From a virus (taxonomy: Duplodnaviria > Caudoviricetes), in IMG/VR virus record IMGVR_UViG_3300032229_000798, positions 2,199 through 66,198 of that record: a DNA stretch of 64,000 nucleotides; one strand, 5' to 3'. The notes under the pieces were generated by a model, which did no database searches, was not told the DNA's origin, and saw nothing but the letters and a program-made list of their open reading frames with translations. The translations under genes and the position numbers were made by a program. Positions 18,781 through 29,546 of the stretch are shown here, in pieces (the first letter of the stretch is position 1; every line of letters starts with the position of its first letter).

Positions 18781-21700
18781 ATGCTTGGTAATAAAATTAA
18801 TTTGAGGCTCGAAGACATTGAAAATCTTCTTCATGGTAAAGACCCAGAAGAAGGTATTCGATATATTGATGCCAATAACTTCTCCCCAGAAGTTAAGGTT
18901 TTTATCAGGAGACCAGAAGATGAAAAGGTATCAATCAAAAAAGATACCTTTAGACCCTTTCTTTGGTTCAAAGGTTTTGATTTTGAAAAAGATTTTGCTT
19001 GGGAATATTTTGCAATACCCGAATCTGATTACAATGAATTGGATCACTGTATTTTATACAAAGGCACTGTTCATTTTCTTGACGAGAACTTGAAGGTTGT
19101 ATGTCAGACTTATGACGGTACGGAAGTGATTGTAAAAAGATTTTTGTCTGATGTAGAAGACAGGAGGAGGCTTTGTTATTCCAAAATGAAGGAATATAAC
19201 ATCGAGATTGAAGAGAAGACAACGAAGATAGACAAGAACAAGAATATTGCGCGTCTTGAAAATGGTTTCAAGTATCTGGTTCATATAAATCCGCCAGATG
19301 AACCCAGACCATATACCAACCCTTTTATTGGCTATACAAAAACAGGTTATGTTAAAAACATAAACGGTTCATATAATAACCTCCTTGATTTTTTCATGGA
19401 AGGTGGTTTGGATATATGGAAGAAGTCTGGAGTGTTTTTGGACGGCGAAAAGTTTGAAAATTTTTGGTCAGAGGGTACACCATTCCAAAAGCTCATGTTT
19501 TTCTTTGGCTTCCCGATGAAAAGCAATCTTTTCACTTTGGTTGATGAAGAGGATGCAGACGATGATATTTTCAACACATACGACGATGACAGGAAACAAT
19601 ATCTTTCGATTGTAAACTTCGACGAATTTTTAGACCTCACATTCAAGATTTTCAATGAGAAGTTGAAAATGACAAATGTGTTTGAGTTTTATGAAAAGAA
19701 GATAAAAGATAAAGATTTAGATTTTCTTAGGAAGCATTCAAAAGAGTTATATTCAGCTCTTAACTTGAAAATAGATAAAATCAAGTTCCAAGACCTTATT
19801 GATAACGAATATACATTCGACTCAAGAAAAGGATTCAAGAACCTGAATAACACTTTTATTGAACACGGTATTGATGTCTTTTACGGTGAAGAACGTCTTT
19901 TCTTTGCAAATACTGCTCTTGAGCAGTATATGATCCAGTCTGGTAAAAGGCTTTTCAAAGGATTTGAAGAATACACTGAACTTCGTATTATGACTATGGA
20001 CATAGAAACGAAGGCACAGGAGGCTTTTGCATATCGAAATGACGCTGCACTTCACGCCACTATGGGTAGGATATTCAAAATCGGTATCTATTGTAACAAT
20101 GGATTGGAAGTGGTTTTGAATGCCAGCAATGATAAAGAGGAAAAAGAAATTATTGAAAAGTTCTTTGAAATTATGATGGAAACAGACCCAGACCTGTTTC
20201 TTACCTACAATGGAGAAGGTTTTGATTTTCCTTTCATTATCAAAAGATATGAACTGTTAAATCGTTTGAGGGATGAAGATGCTGCATTAAATGCTTTGAG
20301 GCATTTGCTAAAAGATTACTATTCCAAATTCGAAGGTGTTTATATTTCCAACAAAAACACCCTGACAAGAAGGAATGGAAACTTAAAGGTTGGTGGAAGC
20401 AGTGAGAAATATACACAAACAAATATCCTCGGCATAAATCTGTGTGATACCATGTTCGCTGTAAAGCGTGCTTCTGCTATCAACAAACAAATACCTAACT
20501 TTAAATTAAAAGATAATGTTAAGTTTGCTGGTTTGGCTAAACCGAATAGGGTTTATGTGGACGGCGGAAAAATCGGGGAAATAGAAAATTCGCCGTCCAC
20601 CTTCTACCTAAACCCATCAAACGGACATTACATAAAATACCACAAAGAAATAATTTTTGAGAGAGATGAATACAAAGAAACCAATATCAAGAAAAAAGCT
20701 GCAACAACTTTTATTTACGGCGATGAAAATGTATTATACACATTCGATGCAAAGTCTGATGGGAGATTTATGCAGACCTGCGAAAATACGATTGAATTTA
20801 AAGCAGACGAAGATGTAGAAATATTCTTTGAGAGGCTTTACAGTAGATTTAAACAATATGATAAAGTCTGCTTTCAACATCAAAATTATGTCGGTAAGTG
20901 GCTTGAAAAAGAAGACCCACAAAAGTTTTCTACCCTTAAATTCCTTTTGAAAGATTTAAGGGAAAATCTGGATAATAAGTCTTTCTTCTACCCTGAAATC
21001 AATTTTGAAGAATATATTGAAACAACAGGTGCCGACATCATAAAAAGGTATCTGATAGACGACCTTTGGGAGACAGCCAAACTTGATGAGCATTACAGTC
21101 AAGCTACATTCCTGATTTCAAAGTGGCTCCCGACATCATATCAAAGGGCCGCTACTATGGGAGGTGCTACCGTTTGGAAATTGCTTTTGACCACGTACTC
21201 TTACGAATACGGACTCGCTATTCCAGAGTTCGATGAACCAAGGGAGTTTAGTGGAGGTCTTGTGGCGTTAATATCTTGTGGGTATCATGGAAAGTCTTTT
21301 AAAGCAGACTTCTCCTCACTCTACCCTGCGGAGTTCTATGTCCATGTGGATAGCCCTGAAATAGATTTATTAGGGGTTTACAAGCTCTTCATGTACTATG
21401 GTTGGTCGACACGTATCAAGTACAAACAGTTGATGAATGAACACAAGGAAAAAGGTGAAATGTCACTTAGTAAAAAATACGAAGTAAGACAATTACCTAT
21501 CAAAATTCTTATCAACAGTTTCTACGGTATGATGGGTGCAGCAGGTGTTACACCATTTGCTGATCTCGTTGTTGCGCAAGCGGTAACTTGCTCTGGAAGG
21601 CAACACCTTCGACACCTTATCAAATGGTTTACAAAGAAAGGGTTTTACGCTACCATCGCACATACAGACGGTGTATTCTTTTCTATTAACAAAGCAGACT

Positions 21701-22884
21701 TGTCCTACAAATATATTGGCAAGGCAATCAACTGGCTTGTTAAAAAAGACAAGGAATATGAAGGTATCGCAGCTTATGTGGCAGAATACAATGACACCTT
21801 TATGAAAGGTATCATGGGTCTTGATATTGATGAAATCGTGGAATCAGTAATCAATTTCTCCAAAGGAAACTATATCTACCTCAAGAAAGCCAAAAACAAA
21901 AAGACTGGTGTGGAGGAAGACAAATTAGAGATTATTGGAGGCGCAATCATTAAAAAAACGCAGTCTGAATATATCACGGAGTTTGTGGAAAAAGAAGTTG
22001 TGAAATTGATGAGAGGTGATGCACTCGGTTTTCTCAATGCTTACTGGGATTATATCAGCCTGATACAAGACAAGAAGCTAAATGTCAATCTTATTACATC
22101 GAAAGCTAAAATCAAGAAGAGCAAGAATGAATATCTGGAACATATCAAAGGTGTTAACAAAAACGGACAGCCATTGAATAGGCAGGTGCACATGGAAATG
22201 CTTATAAATGCTGGTGTAGATTTTGATATGGGTGATACAGTCTATTATGTCAACACTGGAACGAATGAGAAAGATAAAGATAGTATGAGTGTAAATACTA
22301 CTTTTGCTACCTGTGACATTTCAGATGTTAATATTAACGACATTACAAAAGTTATGGCTACTAATGACAGGAACCGTATCAAAAGTTATCTTGTCAGGAT
22401 TTATGAGCAAGGTTATTTGACTGTCAATAGTAAGTGTATGGACGGCGATTTGATTGCATTTTTGGATGATATTGCGACTTGGAAAAACATCAAATTCAAA
22501 ACAAAGACCTTGAAGAAAGGCGTGTTTGTAGAATTTATCAAAACAGAGTTTATCATAAATTGTACGTTGGTTGACACCTACAAGTCAGACAACTTTATCA
22601 ACTACAATAGTGTTCTTTATATAGATAAATTCAATAAAGCCGTCCACCCACTATTCGTAGTCTTTAAACCCGAATTAAGGGAGAAATTAATGATTAAGGA
22701 TAAGAGAGACAGACCCTTTGTGTTGGAATCTGATTTGGAACTCATCAACAGTATTCCATTTGCAGGTAAAGAAAAGAAGACACAAATGAGCTATGAAGAA
22801 GTGATGGAGATAACAAAAGAAGAAGATGAATATTGGAGCTTTGTTAAAATAAGCCCAGACGATTTCAACGTCGAAAGAGCCTAA
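18781..22884 (+). CDS. family B DNA polymerase with large insertions
   Basis: Exo motifs MDIET, YNGEGFDFPF, YLIDDL; polymerase motifs DFSSLYP, KILINSFYG, HTDG. Confidence 0.92.
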   Translation: MLGNKINLRLEDIENLLHGKDPEEGIRYIDANNFSPEVKVFIRRPEDEKVSIKKDTFRPFLWFKGFDFEKDFAWEYFAIPESDYNELDHCILYKGTVHFLDENLKVVCQTYDGTEVIVKRFLSDVEDRRRLCYSKMKEYNIEIEEKTTKIDKNKNIARLENGFKYLVHINPPDEPRPYTNPFIGYTKTGYVKNINGSYNNLLDFFMEGGLDIWKKSGVFLDGEKFENFWSEGTPFQKLMFFFGFPMKSNLFTLVDEEDADDDIFNTYDDDRKQYLSIVNFDEFLDLTFKIFNEKLKMTNVFEFYEKKIKDKDLDFLRKHSKELYSALNLKIDKIKFQDLIDNEYTFDSRKGFKNLNNTFIEHGIDVFYGEERLFFANTALEQYMIQSGKRLFKGFEEYTELRIMTMDIETKAQEAFAYRNDAALHATMGRIFKIGIYCNNGLEVVLNASNDKEEKEIIEKFFEIMMETDPDLFLTYNGEGFDFPFIIKRYELLNRLRDEDAALNALRHLLKDYYSKFEGVYISNKNTLTRRNGNLKVGGSSEKYTQTNILGINLCDTMFAVKRASAINKQIPNFKLKDNVKFAGLAKPNRVYVDGGKIGEIENSPSTFYLNPSNGHYIKYHKEIIFERDEYKETNIKKKAATTFIYGDENVLYTFDAKSDGRFMQTCENTIEFKADEDVEIFFERLYSRFKQYDKVCFQHQNYVGKWLEKEDPQKFSTLKFLLKDLRENLDNKSFFYPEINFEEYIETTGADIIKRYLIDDLWETAKLDEHYSQATFLISKWLPTSYQRAATMGGATVWKLLLTTYSYEYGLAIPEFDEPREFSGGLVALISCGYHGKSFKADFSSLYPAEFYVHVDSPEIDLLGVYKLFMYYGWSTRIKYKQLMNEHKEKGEMSLSKKYEVRQLPIKILINSFYGMMGAAGVTPFADLVVAQAVTCSGRQHLRHLIKWFTKKGFYATIAHTDGVFFSINKADLSYKYIGKAINWLVKKDKEYEGIAAYVAEYNDTFMKGIMGLDIDEIVESVINFSKGNYIYLKKAKNKKTGVEEDKLEIIGGAIIKKTQSEYITEFVEKEVVKLMRGDALGFLNAYWDYISLIQDKKLNVNLITSKAKIKKSKNEYLEHIKGVNKNGQPLNRQVHMEMLINAGVDFDMGDTVYYVNTGTNEKDKDSMSVNTTFATCDISDVNINDITKVMATNDRNRIKSYLVRIYEQGYLTVNSKCMDGDLIAFLDDIATWKNIKFKTKTLKKGVFVEFIKTEFIINCTLVDTYKSDNFINYNSVLYIDKFNKAVHPLFVVFKPELREKLMIKDKRDRPFVLESDLELINSIPFAGKEKKTQMSYEEVMEITKEEDEYWSFVKISPDDFNVERA

Positions 22885-23576
22885 AGTTTATAAAGTTTCT
22901 TTGTTAGTTGGCTCTGATGATATTCCATAGATTCCAAATTCATAATCGTTAACTTCCCACCATTACCAGAACCCGTATCAATGTTTAATACATTCGATGC
23001 GGTTTCTGGTCTATGGGAAATAGTTGGAGTATGACCTATTATTACTTTCGAGAAAGTAAAATCCATGTTTGTGAAGTTGTACTTTAAAAGTCTGTCTTGG
23101 GAAGCAGACACCAAAGCCTTTTGCCAAAGCGTCCTGTTGATTGCAAAGTTTATTGCTTTTTGATTGATTACAGATTTCCTTGTGTCGAAACCTGCATGAC
23201 AAATGAAGAAGTCTCCGTGATGATACCAATAATTGACTTTATTGAAATAGTCTTGTAGATGTTCTTTTACGTCTTTATTTTTCTGGAGTATTTCTATTGT
23301 CTTCTCACCACCAGATTTAAGCCATGTTTTATTTATCTTACCTTGTTCGACCCAATACTTAACCCAAAGGTCATGGTTCCCCATACAGGCTTTTAAATGC
23401 TTTATTTTCAATAGCTCATTCAGACATTCGTTTGGGGAGTTTGCATGGCCGTCGAAAAGATCCCCGACAAAATACAATATATCTTTTTTGTAATCAAAAT
23501 TTACCTTCTCAAAAAGTTGCATCAAACCTTTATAGTTGCTATGCAAATCCCCCAAAACAAATGCTCGATTATTCAA
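22881..23576 (-). CDS. calcineurin-like metallophosphoesterase (Ser/Thr phosphatase-like)
   Basis: GDLH, VGDLFD, MGNHD, HAG, GHTP, IDTG. Confidence 0.9.
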   Translation of the reverse strand: MNNRAFVLGDLHSNYKGLMQLFEKVNFDYKKDILYFVGDLFDGHANSPNECLNELLKIKHLKACMGNHDLWVKYWVEQGKINKTWLKSGGEKTIEILQKNKDVKEHLQDYFNKVNYWYHHGDFFICHAGFDTRKSVINQKAINFAINRTLWQKALVSASQDRLLKYNFTNMDFTFSKVIIGHTPTISHRPETASNVLNIDTGSGNGGKLTIMNLESMEYHQSQLTKKLYKL

Positions 23577-23586
23577 GAGTTATTCT

Positions 23587-23919
23587 TTATTTTTCGCCGT
23601 CCAACTCAAAAGTCTCTGGATTCCTGCCTTCCTTATTGGCAGTAGCATAATAAACTGCTTTGCCTCTCTTTTCTCCATATTGTTTTTTCATGCTTGCCAT
23701 AACTTCTTTGTTATATTCATTCAAAGGATATTGCAATGCTTTTTTTGCCATGTGTGCAAGGTAAATCACATCTTCAAACTTATTTTCTTTCATCGCGAGA
23801 TAAATCTTTTCTTTAATAATGTCCAATTCCACTGGATTCATTTCTTTCTTGCCAAAATTCCCCATATTTTCTTGTATTTCATTATAAAGCATTTCACTAA
23901 TTTTTATCTTCTTGTTCAT
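23587..23919 (-). CDS. hypothetical protein with ISE leader
   Basis: 110 aa; C-terminal MKKQYGEKRGKAVYYATANK; TATTTAT motif upstream. Confidence 0.6.
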   Translation of the reverse strand: MNKKIKISEMLYNEIQENMGNFGKKEMNPVELDIIKEKIYLAMKENKFEDVIYLAHMAKKALQYPLNEYNKEVMASMKKQYGEKRGKAVYYATANKEGRNPETFELDGEK

Positions 23920-23954
23920 AATTCCTTATATTTATCATATAAATATAATGCGCT

Positions 23955-24458
23955 ATGGAAAATGAAAACGAAAAGAGTGTGCAGTATGTGGACGGCGAAA
24001 TGCAACTTTCAAAATATTTGAAGGTAAAGGATTTCACATACTCACCAACAGCAGTGACAAATAATATTGATAACAGGTTGCCAGTTTCTTTACTGGAAGA
24101 TGCAAAGAAAATCGCGGCAATCTATGACCGAATTTACGACCAATTTAAAGGCAAGGTTAAATTGAACTCTGGATATAGAAGTCTTGCACTCAATAGGAGG
24201 GTAGGAGGCTCCACCACATCCCAACACGTCAGGGCACAAGCTATTGATGTGGACGGCATAAACGGTGTTAAAAACTCCCAGATTTTAAGTTGGGTATTGA
24301 GAAACATAACCTACAACCAAGTCATCCATGAATACGGGACTGCAACAGAACCTGCTTGGGTTCATATCGGATTTGGAACCAAAATGCAGTTTTTGAAAAT
24401 CGGTGTTAAGGGAACGAAAGCGTTAACTAATATGCTTGGGGAGGAAGTTGATATTTAA
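23955..24458 (+). CDS. peptidase M15 family (endolysin-like)
   Basis: SGYRS..LN..VGGS.TSQH...AID and WVH Zn-binding motifs. Confidence 0.85.
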   Translation: MENENEKSVQYVDGEMQLSKYLKVKDFTYSPTAVTNNIDNRLPVSLLEDAKKIAAIYDRIYDQFKGKVKLNSGYRSLALNRRVGGSTTSQHVRAQAIDVDGINGVKNSQILSWVLRNITYNQVIHEYGTATEPAWVHIGFGTKMQFLKIGVKGTKALTNMLGEEVDI

Positions 24459-24832
24459 ATGTTTATATTCAAAATATCCTTAACCAAAAAAATCCCGTCA
24501 TTGTAACTGTAATAAACGGTCAGATTAACAGTTTGGTCAAAAGATTCTACTGTGATATTGTCTATGTTTATGCCTTGAATATTTGACTGCACTGTTTGTG
24601 TTATGTCATCTTTCAAAAGATTAAATGTTTGCTCATCCATAGGCTCAAACAAATAATCATAAATGTTTGATCCGAAATCTGGTCTGTATAATCTCGTACC
24701 TTTTTTCGTTACGAGAAGGTGTTTAAGGTTTGACTTCACTGCATCCTTTGATGTTTTAGTTAAATCGAAATAGAACCCATCTGGACTCGTTCTGAATGGG
24801 AAGTTTATACCTATATATTTTCTTTGTGCCAT
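24455..24832 (-). CDS. baseplate wedge subunit (gp25/GpW-like)
   Basis: VKSNLKHLLVTKKGTRLYRPDFGSNIYDYLFEP. Confidence 0.9.
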   Translation of the reverse strand: MAQRKYIGINFPFRTSPDGFYFDLTKTSKDAVKSNLKHLLVTKKGTRLYRPDFGSNIYDYLFEPMDEQTFNLLKDDITQTVQSNIQGINIDNITVESFDQTVNLTVYYSYNDGIFLVKDILNINI

Positions 24833-24833
24833 C

Positions 24834-25301
24834 TTAACCTATTAATTTCTTTAAATGCTCTTCGGCTTCTTTTCTGAAATGTGCAACTCCTGTATGAATC
24901 AATGACTTCTTTATATCCATAAATTGTTTGAATGATAACCACTTATAATCGGTTATTTCAATTTCCATATCAACTGTTAACTTGTTTATAAGTGGGGTAA
25001 ACTCATCTTCAACAAGTCCTATGAAATTATAGAAAGTAAAATTACCTTTTTTATCCACCACAGAAGGAATTAATTTTATCGGGACATATACTCCACCTTC
25101 CTCATAAAACTCTCTCACAGCCGTTTCATAGGGCTTTTCACCTATGTTGGCCTTGCCTCCAAGATTTGCAAAAACATTTGGTTCGTTTTCCAATTTTGGA
25201 CCGCGTTTGCAAAGCAAAATCCTTTTGGTTTTTAAACAGACTGCATATATTCCAGCGGCATAATTTTCTGGTCTCAACGATAAATCAAGTTTCATGTTCA
25301 A
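24834..25301 (-). CDS. NUDIX hydrolase
   Basis: GGKANIGEKPYETAVREFYEEGG Nudix box. Confidence 0.9.
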   Translation of the reverse strand: MNMKLDLSLRPENYAAGIYAVCLKTKRILLCKRGPKLENEPNVFANLGGKANIGEKPYETAVREFYEEGGVYVPIKLIPSVVDKKGNFTFYNFIGLVEDEFTPLINKLTVDMEIEITDYKWLSFKQFMDIKKSLIHTGVAHFRKEAEEHLKKLIG

Positions 25302-25656
25302 ATTCTATTTTGTTTTTCTTTTTCAAGATGGAAGAACATTTTTCGTATTCTTCTGTCTTTTCAAAGAAACGAAGCATTTTATCCAAGAAGTCTGTCGACA
25401 GGTTGCTATCAAAATCAAGACGATAATATGCCATGTTATAGTATAAGTCCATCGTCTCTGGGAACGGCAAACTCTTTTTAAAATTAAAATAATCTATCGC
25501 CTCAATATCTTTTATGTTTTTAAAACCTTCAGATGAAAGATTTTTCATTATGTCGAAAGCTATCTCATCTGCTTCATCTATATTGTTAGCAATTATTGAA
25601 CCCCCATAAAATCTATTTTCGGCGGTTTTTACTTCCAAAATATAGTTGCTGCTCAT
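25285..25656 (-). CDS. hypothetical protein
   Basis: 123 aa; C-terminal EEYEKC UVR-like helix. Confidence 0.6.
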   Translation of the reverse strand: MSSNYILEVKTAENRFYGGSIIANNIDEADEIAFDIMKNLSSEGFKNIKDIEAIDYFNFKKSLPFPETMDLYYNMAYYRLDFDSNLSTDFLDKMLRFFEKTEEYEKCSSILKKKNKIEFEHET

Positions 25657-25702
25657 AGTCCATCAATTATATAAAATAAATAGTTCTGGTGTTAAAACAA
25701 AA

Positions 25703-25726
25703 AACGCCAACCAATTGGTCGGCGTT
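25703..25726 (-). terminator. intrinsic terminator
   Basis: AACGCCAACC-AATT-GGTCGGCGTT stem followed by a T tract on the minus strand. Confidence 0.65.
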
Positions 25727-25730
25727 AATT

Positions 25731-26030
25731 TCACTGTTCTTCTTTCTTTTTTCGAGACTTTCTTGCTGGCTTAGATTTTTCATTTTCCGTCGGGGCAGGT
25801 GCCTGTTCATCGGAGGCATCTGGAAAACCTTCCGTAAAAAATTCTTGCTCAACCTCGCTGGTTTCTCCTTCTTGTTCACGGTCTATGAAAATGAAGTAAA
25901 CCAGTGAAGTAACGACTGCGGAGATAGCAAAAAGTCCAAACAAGGGCATTGTTGGGAAAAGAACTTTTGCAATAAAAAAAGTGCAAAAAGCAACTAAGAG
26001 AGAAACAACAACATTTGAATTAATAATCAT
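25731..26030 (-). CDS. small membrane protein
   Basis: Two N-terminal hydrophobic segments and a charged tail; TACCTTTG promoter upstream. Confidence 0.65.
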   Translation of the reverse strand: MIINSNVVVSLLVAFCTFFIAKVLFPTMPLFGLFAISAVVTSLVYFIFIDREQEGETSEVEQEFFTEGFPDASDEQAPAPTENEKSKPARKSRKKKEEQ

Positions 26031-26046
26031 ACTGTAATTTTTTTTG

Positions 26047-26054
26047 CAAAGGTA
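26047..26054 (-). promoter_or_regulatory. Bacteroidota -7 promoter element TACCTTTG
   Basis: + strand CAAAGGTA, 17 nt upstream of the 26030 start; -33 element weak. Confidence 0.6.
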
Positions 26055-26085
26055 AGGATAATTTTTGGATTTCGAAAATTTTAAA

Positions 26086-26781
26086 TCATTTATTTTTAAT
26101 TTTTACATTTAAAGGATTTAAAACCATTCTAACCGTTGACTTTATTTTACCACCTTCATAAGAATCCAAAACACCAATAACATCTATGCAATCAAAACCT
26201 AAAAAGCTACCTATCGCGGCAATTACATTAGTTTTAATGCCAGTATTTCCTTGAACATAATAATTAAACATAGCTATTAATTTATCAATCTGTTCTTCGC
26301 TTACTCCTGCATTAATAAAACCTCTTTTAACTTTTTCTACTGGTATAAACCTGAATCTATCACCAGTCGCATCTATCCTAACTAATTTATCACATTTGAC
26401 ATCCACTTCATAAACTTTTTGGACGGCGTTTTGGTAATCAAAAGCTATTTTAGGATTGGCGTAAGTTTTTGCGACAGCATATTTGTCAGTTAAAAAAAGA
26501 GGTTTCTTATATGTAAATTTATTTTTTAAATCGAAAACCAAATTAATAACTCTATGATATTCTTTATTATCTCCATTTTCTGATGCAATTCTTATTTGCT
26601 CTTGATAGTCCATTAATTTATTCGGGTCGGTAACATAATCAACTGTTACAGTATTATCAAAAAAACCTCCATTTTTTTCGATTTCTCTGGAATCGGCAGT
26701 TCCATGATACCAAGTCTTTGTAGTTTTTTCCTCATTCAAAGACTGGAGAACATTACTTGTTATAAATTCTTGTGGTTTCAT
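26086..26781 (-). CDS. putative ADP-ribosyltransferase (ART-PolyVal-like) with SLNEE leader
   Basis: WYHGT...LFLTDKYAVAKTYA...VYEV...GFDCI...VLNPLNVKI pattern. Confidence 0.55.
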   Translation of the reverse strand: MKPQEFITSNVLQSLNEEKTTKTWYHGTADSREIEKNGGFFDNTVTVDYVTDPNKLMDYQEQIRIASENGDNKEYHRVINLVFDLKNKFTYKKPLFLTDKYAVAKTYANPKIAFDYQNAVQKVYEVDVKCDKLVRIDATGDRFRFIPVEKVKRGFINAGVSEEQIDKLIAMFNYYVQGNTGIKTNVIAAIGSFLGFDCIDVIGVLDSYEGGKIKSTVRMVLNPLNVKIKNK

Positions 26782-27044
26782 TACGATAAAAGACTATTAA
26801 TATTTTCAACATATTTTTGTTTCGATTGGAGGCCAACTATTTTATTGACTACCACACCATCCTTTTCAAAAACAACCATAGGAACACTTCTAACTGAATA
26901 TTTTAAAGCGAAGTCAACATCTTGATCCACGTCAACATCCACAAATTCTACGTTTGGAAATGTCTGTTTCAATTCATCAAAGATTGGAGAAAGTAGTTTG
27001 CAAGGTCCGCACCATTCTGCGTAAGCTCTTAAAATTTTAATCAT
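26781..27044 (-). CDS. trxA: thioredoxin
   Basis: WCGPC active site; VRSVP cis-Pro loop. Confidence 0.95.
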   Translation of the reverse strand: MIKILRAYAEWCGPCKLLSPIFDELKQTFPNVEFVDVDVDQDVDFALKYSVRSVPMVVFEKDGVVVNKIVGLQSKQKYVENINSLLS

Positions 27045-27072
27045 ATTAAATAAAGTTTTGTTGTAAAATTAA

Positions 27073-27105
27073 ATATGGCCGTCAAGAAAACCCCAACGGC
27101 CATAT
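27073..27105 (-). terminator. stem-loop downstream of nrdA
   Basis: ATATGGCCGT...ACGGCCATAT 10-bp inverted repeat. Confidence 0.6.
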
Positions 27106-27132
27106 CTTTTTGTTTATTAATTCAATTTTTAA

Positions 27133-29526
27133 TTAAGACCCACAGGCTTCACATCCTTCAGGATTATCCAAACTGCAAGATATTCCCTCTTCTGAAGTAT
27201 ATTCTTTTATCGCAGTTGGTTTTTGCACACTGCTAAGGTCTATACCAAGACCTGCAATAGCTTCAACAGCAGCCTTAGTTCTTAAATAATACATCCCTGT
27301 TTTCAAACCTTTTTTCCAACCATGAAAATGTGCGGCTGTAAGTTTTGCGGAATTTACACCTTCGATAAACAAATTCATTGATTGTGATTGGTCAACAAAA
27401 GCACCTCTATCTGCTGCCATATCTAATAAATCTCTTTGTCTAAGTTCCCAAACAGTCAAATACAATTGTTTCAAATCTGCTGGTATTTCCATTATACTTT
27501 GAACAGAACCTTTTGCTGCAATCAAATTTAATCTCATTTTTTCATTCCATAACCCGCGTTCTTGCAAGTCTTGAACCAAATGCTTATTAACTACGGTATA
27601 TTCTCCAGATAAAGTCCTTCTCTTATATAAGTTACTTGTAAATGGTTCAAATGCTTCATTATTGCCTAATATCTGTGCAGTAGAAGCAGTTGGCATAGGA
27701 GCTACCAAAAGAGAATTTCTGACCCCGTGTACAGATATATCTTTTCTAAGTGAATCCCAATCCCACCTTTCAGAAGGTGTTTCTCCCCACATATCAAATT
27801 GCAGTATTCCTTGTGACATAGGTGATCCTTCATAAGAAGAATAAATACCTTCAACTTTAGCAATATCACAAGATGCTTTTAATGCAGCATAATAGATTGT
27901 TTCAAAAATTTCTCTATTAAGTTTTTTTGCTTCTTGTGAAGTAAATGGCAGTCCCAACATGGCAAAAGCATCTGCCAACCCTTGTATTCCTATTCCAATT
28001 GGCCTATGTCTAAGATTAGAAGTTTTTGCTTCCTTTACTGGATAGTAATTCACATCTATCACACGATTAAGATTTTTTGTAACTTGATAAGTTACTTCAT
28101 ATAATTTCTCATGGTTAAATGTTTTTTTACTTTTTTCGTTCCTTTTTGCTCCATTATTTTCCAAATATTTTGGAAGCGCAATAGATGCCAGATTACATAC
28201 TGCAATTTCATCTGCACTTGTATATTCCATTATTTCAGTACACAAATTGCTGCCATGCAAAACACCAAGGTTCTTTTGATTATTCTTTCTATTTGCATGG
28301 TCTTTGTATAACATATAAGGGGTGCCTGTCTCTATTTGTGATTCTATAATCTTTTCCCAAAGTTCACGTGCCCTTATTTTCCTTCGACCTCTTCCTTCTT
28401 TCTCATAAGTCTCGTAAAGTGCTTCAAACTTTTCTCCATAATTGTTATGCAATTCAGGTGCTTCATCTGGTGAAAAAAGCGTCCAATCTCTGTCCTCTTC
28501 TACTCTTTTCATAAACAAGTCAGGAACCCACAACGCGAGAAAAAGGTCTCTTGCTCTTAATTCTTCTTTACCATGATTTTTGCGCAAATCTATAAAGTCA
28601 AATATATCAGAGTGCCAAGGCTCCACGTAGACTGCTATGGAACCTTTTCTCTTTCCTCCGCCTTGATCCACATATCTTGCAGTCTCATTGAATACTTTCA
28701 ACATAGGAATTATTCCATTTGAAGTACCATTTGTACCTTTTATATATGCGCCTTTTCCTCGTATGTGATGTGCATGGACTCCAATACCACCAGCATTTTT
28801 AGAAATCATTGCACAATCTGATAATGTTTTGTATATTCCTTCTAAAGAATCATCCATTATATTGAGGAGAAAGCAAGATGAAAGCTGTGGTTTTTTTGTT
28901 CCAGCATTATACAATGTCGGAGTAGCGTGCGTAAAAAATCCTTGAGAAAGAAGATTATATGTTTTAATCGTTTCTTCTATGTTTCCTTGCCATATTCCAC
29001 AGGCTACTCTCATCCACAAGTGTTGAGGCCGCTCCACGACTTTAGAATCAATCTTTAACAGGTAAGATTTCTCTAAAGTTTTGAAACCAAAAAAATCAAA
29101 ATTAAAATCTCTATCGTAATTTATCGCTTCTTCTAATTTTTCTTTATTCTCCTCTATGAAAGAAAAAACCTTATCGTCTATAAGAGATGCAGATTTTTGT
29201 GTCCGTTTATCAAAATATTCGTGAAGATCCTTCATCGTTTCATAAAAAGATTTCTTAGTGCTTTTATGTAACGAAGTAATAGCAATTCTGCTTGCAAGAG
29301 TAGAATAATCTGGGTGATAAGAAGTCATAGATGCAGCGGTTTCTGCTGCCAAAGCATCAAGCTCTACACTTGTAACTCCATCATAAACTCCTTGTATTAC
29401 TTTTTTTGCTATCTCTAAAGCATCTACATAGTCAGTATTTAAACCATAAGTTTGTTTCTTTATTCTCATGGTTATCTTATCGTACTTAACTGGTTCTTTT
29501 GAGCCGTTTCTTTTTTGTACTTGCAT
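27133..29526 (-). CDS. nrdA: ribonucleotide reductase class Ia alpha subunit
   Basis: N-terminal ATP cone (VQKRNG), [28 protein letters not shown]-terminal CEACGS. Confidence 0.98.
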   Translation of the reverse strand: MQVQKRNGSKEPVKYDKITMRIKKQTYGLNTDYVDALEIAKKVIQGVYDGVTSVELDALAAETAASMTSYHPDYSTLASRIAITSLHKSTKKSFYETMKDLHEYFDKRTQKSASLIDDKVFSFIEENKEKLEEAINYDRDFNFDFFGFKTLEKSYLLKIDSKVVERPQHLWMRVACGIWQGNIEETIKTYNLLSQGFFTHATPTLYNAGTKKPQLSSCFLLNIMDDSLEGIYKTLSDCAMISKNAGGIGVHAHHIRGKGAYIKGTNGTSNGIIPMLKVFNETARYVDQGGGKRKGSIAVYVEPWHSDIFDFIDLRKNHGKEELRARDLFLALWVPDLFMKRVEEDRDWTLFSPDEAPELHNNYGEKFEALYETYEKEGRGRRKIRARELWEKIIESQIETGTPYMLYKDHANRKNNQKNLGVLHGSNLCTEIMEYTSADEIAVCNLASIALPKYLENNGAKRNEKSKKTFNHEKLYEVTYQVTKNLNRVIDVNYYPVKEAKTSNLRHRPIGIGIQGLADAFAMLGLPFTSQEAKKLNREIFETIYYAALKASCDIAKVEGIYSSYEGSPMSQGILQFDMWGETPSERWDWDSLRKDISVHGVRNSLLVAPMPTASTAQILGNNEAFEPFTSNLYKRRTLSGEYTVVNKHLVQDLQERGLWNEKMRLNLIAAKGSVQSIMEIPADLKQLYLTVWELRQRDLLDMAADRGAFVDQSQSMNLFIEGVNSAKLTAAHFHGWKKGLKTGMYYLRTKAAVEAIAGLGIDLSSVQKPTAIKEYTSEEGISCSLDNPEGCEACGS

Positions 29527-29546
29527 ATTTTGTTATTTTTTTTAAG

